32,000 nt of DNA from Thermodesulfobacteriota bacterium (GTDB lineage Bacteria; Desulfobacterota; WTBG01; JAGOGO01), in the NCBI GenBank assembly GCA_026625185.1, contig CP113000.1, positions 2,475,622 to 2,507,621 on the forward strand, given 5' to 3'. Below, in pieces: positions 26,847 to 32,000 of this stretch (position 1 is its first letter; each line of letters begins with the position of its first letter). Made by a program: the position numbers and the translations under genes. The notes below the pieces were generated by a model. It was not told the origin of the DNA, did not search any database, and saw only the letters and a list, made by a program, of their open reading frames with translations.

Positions 26847-28184
26847 TCATTGTGCCGGAGTAATTCTGTTTTTTATGATTTTCCAATGATTTTTGACTAC
26901 TTGCTTGATCGCTTTCCAGTCATTACGACGGAAAAACAGGATATCGGAAAAATGAGATCCTGTCAATTTAGAATACAGAAAAAGGTTCATAATAAACATG
27001 GCCATGTAGCTTCCACTGATGCTTAACCCTGCACCGATTTCACCATAGCGAGGAATAAAAAAAATGGATGCACCAACAATGAAAATTATCCCCGGTAAAA
27101 TTGAGAAAAGACTTAACTTGCTTTTCCCAGTTGCGGCTATATGGGAATTCAAAAATTTGAATAGCGGATAGGCTAAAATCGAAGGGAGCAAAGCATAAAA
27201 CACATAAACAGACCTGACAAATTTCGGACCGTATAAAAATATTATTATAAATTTTATCAAAACACCTAATACAATTGCAGCGATAATTAAAACTGATGCA
27301 AAAGCCCGGCAAAGCAGATTTGTCCTCTGAATACCTGTGTTATTGTCAGAAGCAGCCGTATGAGGAAAGAGGACTTCGGCAAAGGAGTTGGTGGTCATAA
27401 ATAACCGGCCCATCGCTGACGAGGATACTGCGTATAATCCAACGGCAGTATTGGAAATGAAATATTTTAATAAAACGCCAGGAGCGTCTTGTATTATCGT
27501 AGTAAAAAGCAATACCCAATAATTCCAGAAACCATACTTAAACATATCACTGCATAAATGAAAAAAGCCGGCTGGTTTGGCTTCAAGGGTCACAGGTATT
27601 TTGCTGCTTTTAAAATGAAAAATCAGGTAAATGCAGGTTGCTGCCTGTGCGAGGAGAAACGCCAAGAAGGAACCTAAAACGCCCAGCTTAAAAATCACAA
27701 CAAAAACTATCAATAAAGGGATGTATGAAAAGTCAAAAATTGCTTCTGAATAATTGGCAATGTTGATCCTTAATTGTCCACTCAGAAACCTTCTTAAAAA
27801 ATTCTGGAGAAAATAAAGCGGGACCCCGAGCAAACCCATTAAAAAGAAACCTATTGAAAAATCACGCCAGGGAGATAAGGGAGTTTTCCAAACGAATAAA
27901 AGGATAAGGCAGGTTATCAAAGACAAAGTAAGACTTAATATCCACAAGGCTTTCCGGAGTTCAGAAAAATGTGTTTTTTTTTGAGCCATAAAAAAGGAAA
28001 GGCTGCTGCCAAAACCGAGGTTGGTGAACCGGAAAGAGAATTGGGAGACCAAAATCAGAAGCGAAAAAATCCCGACACCTTCTGGGCCCAACCATCGGGC
28101 GTTAATGATCCCCCCGGCCATTTTTACCGCGAGAAGAGAAAAACGGATGGAGACTGTTCGAAAGGCATCTACACTAAAGGACAT
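26847..28184 (-). CDS. MOP-superfamily polysaccharide flippase (Wzx-like 'polysaccharide biosynthesis protein')
   Basis: 445 aa, hydrophobic throughout with ~12 predicted TM segments. N-terminal 'LLAVKMAGGIINARWLGPEGVGIFSLL' is typical of the Polysacc_synt family. ATG start. Confidence 0.75.
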   Translation of the reverse strand: MSFSVDAFRTVSIRFSLLAVKMAGGIINARWLGPEGVGIFSLLILVSQFSFRFTNLGFGSSLSFFMAQKKTHFSELRKALWILSLTLSLITCLILLFVWKTPLSPWRDFSIGFFLMGLLGVPLYFLQNFLRRFLSGQLRINIANYSEAIFDFSYIPLLIVFVVIFKLGVLGSFLAFLLAQAATCIYLIFHFKSSKIPVTLEAKPAGFFHLCSDMFKYGFWNYWVLLFTTIIQDAPGVLLKYFISNTAVGLYAVSSSAMGRLFMTTNSFAEVLFPHTAASDNNTGIQRTNLLCRAFASVLIIAAIVLGVLIKFIIIFLYGPKFVRSVYVFYALLPSILAYPLFKFLNSHIAATGKSKLSLFSILPGIIFIVGASIFFIPRYGEIGAGLSISGSYMAMFIMNLFLYSKLTGSHFSDILFFRRNDWKAIKQVVKNHWKIIKNRITPAQ

Positions 28185-28348
28185 AGCGATATAATTAAAA
28201 ATTCACTTTGGCTTATATTCAGGTTTAGTTCATTTATTTGTTTTTACTACTCTGAAGGTTTCCTTCTCGAACAGTTTTTTTAGTTAGATTTTTAATTAGG
28301 CGCTCCCGGCAAACACTTCACCGGGAACGCTCAAACTGACGGAATGTT

Positions 28349-29881
28349 TTAGTTTTGATGGCTATAAGATACTTTTCTTTTGGAGCCTTTTGTGGTCGGA
28401 GTCGTGGTAGTAGTAGTCGGAGTCGTGGTAGTAGTAGTCGGAGTCGTGGTAGTAGTAGTCGGAGTGGTGGTAGTAGTAGTCGGAGTGGTGGTAGTGGTAG
28501 TCGGAGTGGTGGTAGTAGTAGTCGGAGTGGTGGTAGTGGTAGTCGGTGTAGTCGTAATAGTTGGGGTAGTCGTGGTAGTTGGGGTAGTCGTAGTAGTCGA
28601 GTTAGATGTTAAATAGGGAATTGCTCCTATATCACTTGCTGATGCCGTTAAGGTTAGAAGATATCCGTTGCCAATACAGGGACTGCTGGCTGACAGAGAA
28701 AAATCCCTCGTTGAGACATTGTTAAATAAAGGATCCTGAAAGATAGAACCTGAGTCGAAAGAAAAATTTGTAAGGTAAGTTGAATAAGTGTACCAAGTCT
28801 TATTTATCAGAAACTCACCTAATCCAGTGGTTTTCCAGTAACAGTTGTTTTTTAATTCAAGCCCTTCTGAATTTCCCGGATCTACTCGCAGGATTCCCAG
28901 AGTTCCTGTTCGGCAGATAATATTATTATAAATCTTGTTACCAATGCATTTGATTGAAGGATTCGCCGGAACCCCACCATTACGCAACTGGATCCCTCCT
29001 GGCGCTAGGATGGTGTTATTATAAACCTGGCAACCTTTTGCCCCCCAAAGGGCAATCCCGCTCATTTCTCCATCGGTTACGTCAGCATAAACGATATTTC
29101 CCCGGACAAGCGAATTTTTATTCTCATAATCATAAGTGTATGTTAAGTCGGTACAATAACCACCTAACATGATGGCTTGGTATTTTATATTATAACATTT
29201 ATTATTTTCAATAAGATGGTTGTCCGCCCCCCCCTTAGAAACGATAGCATTCTGGCAGAAAAAGATAACATTGTTTCGGATGGTGAGATTGTCAGCACCA
29301 ACGGTGTCTATCCCCTGATTGGGGGCACCAGCGATTTGGCAACCCTCAATTAGGGCATTGTTACCGCTTTGGAGAATTTTTATGGCATCATATTTAAAAC
29401 CGGTTGTGGCCGAACCGGCAGTGGACCAATCAAAAATTAAGTTGCAATTTTTAATTACTGCATATTTACCAGCGATACCAAGAATGCTACCGTATGGTCC
29501 TGCATCTCTTGTAACGGTGAGACCTTCAAGGGTAATATTGTGGGCATTATCACCTATTCCGATTGCAGAACTCGCAGTGCCTGTATATTTAAAAACAGGT
29601 TGCTCATTAGGACATGCTTTAAATGTAATCGGGCCGTTGGTATAAAGACAAACTTTCTCGGGAAAAAAATAGTTTCCTCCTTTTATCATTACTACATCAT
29701 TGGCAATCGCACTCAATGAGGCTTTATTCAACGATTTCCAGGGGCTTAGTTCAGATCCTGAATTATTATCATCTCCCGCTGGACTCACGTAATATTCCCT
29801 TGCGAAAACATTGGCGCTAAAAATAAGCACAAAAGCAGCCGATAAGCAGATAAAATTACTTTTAACGTTAAAAAATTTCAT
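28349..29881 (-). CDS. Secreted right-handed parallel beta-helix protein (pectate-lyase-fold; candidate polysaccharide lyase, hydrolase or epimerase) with a C-terminal Thr/Pro repeat tail
   Basis: 510 aa. Signal peptide 'ICLSAAFVLIFSANVFA'. 'YYVSPAGDDNNSGSELSPWKSL' is typical of the beta-helix/DUF1565-type N-cap. Many 'N..I....' coil repeats (NCNLIF, GCQIAG, NLTIRNNVIFF, NNKCYN, GNIVY, NNTILA). The tail is (PTTTTTT)x7 followed by KGSKRKVSYSHQN. The ATG overlaps the acetyltransferase stop (ATGA). Confidence 0.75.
   Translation of the reverse strand: MKFFNVKSNFICLSAAFVLIFSANVFAREYYVSPAGDDNNSGSELSPWKSLNKASLSAIANDVVMIKGGNYFFPEKVCLYTNGPITFKACPNEQPVFKYTGTASSAIGIGDNAHNITLEGLTVTRDAGPYGSILGIAGKYAVIKNCNLIFDWSTAGSATTGFKYDAIKILQSGNNALIEGCQIAGAPNQGIDTVGADNLTIRNNVIFFCQNAIVSKGGADNHLIENNKCYNIKYQAIMLGGYCTDLTYTYDYENKNSLVRGNIVYADVTDGEMSGIALWGAKGCQVYNNTILAPGGIQLRNGGVPANPSIKCIGNKIYNNIICRTGTLGILRVDPGNSEGLELKNNCYWKTTGLGEFLINKTWYTYSTYLTNFSFDSGSIFQDPLFNNVSTRDFSLSASSPCIGNGYLLTLTASASDIGAIPYLTSNSTTTTTPTTTTTPTITTTPTTTTTTPTTTTTTPTTTTTTPTTTTTTPTTTTTTPTTTTTTPTTTTTTPTTKGSKRKVSYSHQN
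28395..28600. repeat. 21-bp tandem repeat (7 near-perfect units plus degenerate units) encoding the Thr/Pro tract
   Basis: Units start at 28395, 28416, 28437 (three identical: gtcggagtcgtggtagtagta) and at 28458, 28479, 28500, 28521 (a 42-bp higher-order pair repeated twice: gtcggagtggtggtagtagta / gtcggagtggtggtagtggta). Degenerate copies continue to ~28600. Confidence 0.9.
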
Positions 29882-30450
29882 TGGGATCCTCCTTTTCTTA
29901 TAGTGATTAATCGTGCGGGAGCACCAGCTATAACACTTCTTTCGGGAAATGATTTGTTCACTACAGAATTTGCTCCCACAATGGAGTTATTACCAACAGT
30001 AACCGGGCCAATAATTTTTGCTCCGGAAAAAATTGTGACGCCATCACCAACGACAGGATAACGGGTTAAATTCTCCTGTGTTTCATCTAACTCTTTCAAG
30101 ATACGCGCCCCTAATGTCACCCCATTAAATATTGTTACATTTTTACCAACCCTAGCACCAGCACCGATGACAATATCGTGGGGATGGTATACTTTCAGAT
30201 CTTCTCCAATGTCAAACTGTGTTCGCAATTCTACCCCCGGAACCCTGCATAGCCGAATAATTATAAGTTTGCTAATTAAATAAAAAAAAAGCTTAAGAAA
30301 TTGAAGTCTTTTAAAAAATATTGATAAGCGATAGTAAACTACCACCCGGTATCCAGGATCAAATATCAAGTTTTTTAAAATAAAACCAAAACCCGGGAAA
30401 TTTTTTGTTCGGGAATAAATATCCAGAGTAAAACATTCTTTTAAGCTCAT
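29878..30450 (-). CDS. Hexapeptide-repeat (LbH) O-acetyltransferase, serine-acetyltransferase-like
   Basis: 190 aa. 'IVIGAGARVGKNVTIFNGVTLG....YPVVGDGVTIFSGAKIIGPVTVGNNSIVGANSVV' hexapeptide repeats. The hydrophobic N-terminal region is typical of EPS-locus CysE-like acetyltransferases. ATG start. Confidence 0.8.
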   Translation of the reverse strand: MSLKECFTLDIYSRTKNFPGFGFILKNLIFDPGYRVVVYYRLSIFFKRLQFLKLFFYLISKLIIIRLCRVPGVELRTQFDIGEDLKVYHPHDIVIGAGARVGKNVTIFNGVTLGARILKELDETQENLTRYPVVGDGVTIFSGAKIIGPVTVGNNSIVGANSVVNKSFPERSVIAGAPARLITIRKGGSQ

Positions 30451-30472
30451 TCTTGCTGTTTTTTCCTTTTTA

Positions 30473-31756
30473 TCAATCGCTAATGGTCTTTAGAGAACCG
30501 CCGAGATATAGCAATTTTTCTTCAAAGCGGTTGTAGCCCCGGCCAATTTGCCATGCATCCTCAATCACTGTCTCACCTTGGGCAGCCAAACCCGCCACGG
30601 CCAACGCTGCTCCAGCTCTCAAATCAGTTGCTTTAACTTGTGCGCCATAAAGGGGTGATCCCCCATAAATATACAATAAATCCCCTTCCACCTTGAATTT
30701 TCCACCCATTTTCTCAATCTCCGAAGCATAATTGTATCTACCCGGAAAACGTAAATCTATGATCCGGCTTTCACCTTTTGCACAAAATCCATATATGGCA
30801 AACAGCGGCTGCATATCGGAATTAATGCCTGGATAAGGACCGGTGGCAATATCAATGGGATAACATTTTCCGCCACGGACAATCAACGAGTTATCCCCCC
30901 GGAAAAATTTTGCGCCGCTTTCCCGGAGATGCACCAGAGGAACTTCAAGGTGATCAAACGGAAAATTTACTATTTCAATATCTCCATTGGTCACCACTGA
31001 AGCAACCAGCCAAGTGATTGCTTCCATATTATCTCCAATAACCGTATGCTGGGTGCCGGTCAAGCCTTCTACCCCCTCCACCTCAATATGCTCCTGGCCA
31101 TATACTTTGATCTTTGCGCCCATATTCCTTAAGCAGGAGATAAGGTCTAAAATTTCCGGGCGGATATGAGGATTCCAAATGCTGGTAATGCCTTCGGCCA
31201 AACTTCCGCAGAGTATCCCATTTTCTGTTGCGCCCGTTGAACGTATAGGAAGGTGAATATCTGCGCCTTTTAACCTTTCTTTCGCACGGGCGCAAAGCAC
31301 ATCACCCTCGCGCCACACGTCAGCGCCCATTTTTCGAAGCGTCATCTCGTGCAAATCATAGTTTCGCTCACCGATTTCGCATCCGCCAGGCAAAGGAACT
31401 GCTCCTTCTCCGGTTCTCGCCACAAGTGCTCCTAAAACCAAAAGAGTGGTGCGAATCGAGCGTTCTTCCCAGATAAGCCGGCTCTGGATTTTGGAAGTTT
31501 CAGTAATGGTAATTTTATCCGGTTCCTCGAGGCATTCTTTTCCTAAAGAGCGGAGCATCCCTACACTGGCCTGAGCATCGAGAAGCGCAGAAGGGTAATT
31601 AGCAATCTCAAATTTTTCATTTGTAAGTAAAGAAGCAGCCAATAATTTAAGCACACTATTTTTGGCCCCATCAACATTAACTGAGCCAATAAGTTTGGAA
31701 GGCTGAATGAGGTATTTAATTATTTGTTTCATTAGAAACCTAAACTCTTTCTTCAA
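30473..31756 (-). CDS. murA: UDP-N-acetylglucosamine 1-carboxyvinyltransferase (MurA family; may be a locus-specific paralog)
   Basis: 427 aa. 'VDGAKNSVLKLLAASLL', catalytic-loop Cys retained in 'PLPGGCEIGERNYDLH', 'RSTGATENGILC', 'DLRAGAALAVAGLAAQGETVIED'. The longest start is TTG at 31756 (ggagga SD 4 nt upstream, 17-nt overlap with murB). The alternative ATG at 31732 gives a canonical-length N-terminus. Confidence 0.85.
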   Translation of the reverse strand: MKKEFRFLMKQIIKYLIQPSKLIGSVNVDGAKNSVLKLLAASLLTNEKFEIANYPSALLDAQASVGMLRSLGKECLEEPDKITITETSKIQSRLIWEERSIRTTLLVLGALVARTGEGAVPLPGGCEIGERNYDLHEMTLRKMGADVWREGDVLCARAKERLKGADIHLPIRSTGATENGILCGSLAEGITSIWNPHIRPEILDLISCLRNMGAKIKVYGQEHIEVEGVEGLTGTQHTVIGDNMEAITWLVASVVTNGDIEIVNFPFDHLEVPLVHLRESGAKFFRGDNSLIVRGGKCYPIDIATGPYPGINSDMQPLFAIYGFCAKGESRIIDLRFPGRYNYASEIEKMGGKFKVEGDLLYIYGGSPLYGAQVKATDLRAGAALAVAGLAAQGETVIEDAWQIGRGYNRFEEKLLYLGGSLKTISD

Positions 31757-32000
31757 TATCCTCCGGGAAAAAAATTACTTCCCTTTGAAGTCGAATGCCA
31801 AATTCCTCATAAACCCGGTTTTTACCAATTTCGATTAAGCTCTTGACATCATTACTGGTTGCGTTACCCTCATTCACAATCCAGTTAGCATGTTCCGGTG
31901 CAACCATAGCTCCTCCGATTCGCATTCCCTTCATCCCAACTTTTTCCAGATACCATCCCGCGGTCTTTTGGCCCTTAGGGTTTTTAAAGGTGGAGCCAAA
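31740..32000 (-). CDS. murB: UDP-N-acetylenolpyruvoylglucosamine reductase, C-terminal part (5' end off the right window edge)
   Basis: The frame is open to base 32000. It reads FGSTFKNPKGQKTAGWYLEKVGMKGMRIGGAMVAPEHANWIVNEGNATSNDVKSLIEIGKNRVYEEFGIRLQREVIFF. The GSxFKNP, 'G.a.vS..HaN.ivN.g.At..D' and 'G..L..Ev' blocks are characteristic of the MurB C-terminus. Confidence 0.85.
   Translation of the reverse strand, partial: FGSTFKNPKGQKTAGWYLEKVGMKGMRIGGAMVAPEHANWIVNEGNATSNDVKSLIEIGKNRVYEEFGIRLQREVIFFPEDIEERV

Noticed and set aside
28300-28330. 10-bp stem-loop (gcgctcccgg / ccgggaacgc) 18 nt after the beta-helix gene stop, considered as a terminator
   Set aside because: The stem is real (one G.U pair on the minus RNA), but it is followed by an A-rich rather than U-rich sequence on the transcribed strand. 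It may stabilise RNA or pause transcription, but it is not a canonical intrinsic terminator.
28349-28420. PEP-CTERM (or other) C-terminal sorting signal on the beta-helix protein
   Set aside because: The C-terminus is ..TTPTTKGSKRKVSYSHQN, with no PEP motif, no hydrophobic helix and no Arg cluster in the required order.
28395-28600. Possible CRISPR array, because of regularly spaced identical 21-mers
   Set aside because: The units are contiguous with no spacers, lie inside an intact ORF and translate to a Thr/Pro tract. This is a coding minisatellite, not a CRISPR.
28355-28616. Plus-strand ORFs encoding (RGSSSRS)n and (VVVVVG)n
   Set aside because: These are antisense or alternate-frame readings of the 21-bp tandem repeat that encodes the Thr/Pro tail of the minus-strand beta-helix gene.

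Overview
The window is almost entirely one long co-directional minus-strand exopolysaccharide/capsule-type gene cluster. I found no credible plus-strand gene, rRNA, tRNA or CRISPR array. Transcription order, right to left: murB (5' part off the window), a murA-like gene, a hexapeptide acetyltransferase, a secreted beta-helix protein with a Thr/Pro repeat tail, a MOP flippase, a GT, and a Wzy/O-antigen-ligase-like protein. These are followed by a glutaminase-less AsnB-like enzyme, four GT4 genes, decayed GT and CapK-like fragments, a GNAT, an 88-aa ORF, and a CapK/PaaK-like adenylate-forming enzyme. Next come a fused MDR + Gfo/Idh/MocA 'bi-domain' oxidoreductase, a heparinase II/III-like protein and a WecB/TagA/CpsF GT. 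An IS1595-family element carrying a P63C-domain passenger gene then interrupts the cluster. Downstream of it lies the export module: a short Wza-like OPX lipoprotein, an OM beta-barrel, a Wzz/GumC-type PCP, a BY-kinase-like ATPase and a TPR lipoprotein (3' end off the window). The export module resembles those of PEP-CTERM/exosortase-associated EPS loci, but no exosortase or PEP-CTERM substrate is in the window, so that assignment is inference only. Six things deserve a second look. (1) The IS splits the biosynthesis and export modules. (2) A perfect 24-bp inverted repeat bracketing 259 bp with a small SD-led ORF is nested in the IS just upstream of the export operon; it could be an invertible switch or a MITE. 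(3) A diverged segmental duplication (GT 3' end plus CapK-like 5' end) shows reciprocal decay. (4) Perfect tandem duplications sit in the linkers of three genes: 21 bp x7, 14 bp x2 (not a multiple of 3) and 18 bp x2. (5) A short OPX is paired with a dedicated beta-barrel. (6) A murB-murA pair heads the cluster. ORF-track starts include GTG/TTG codons, so several 5' ends are uncertain. All family calls come from motif reading by eye; no searches were run.
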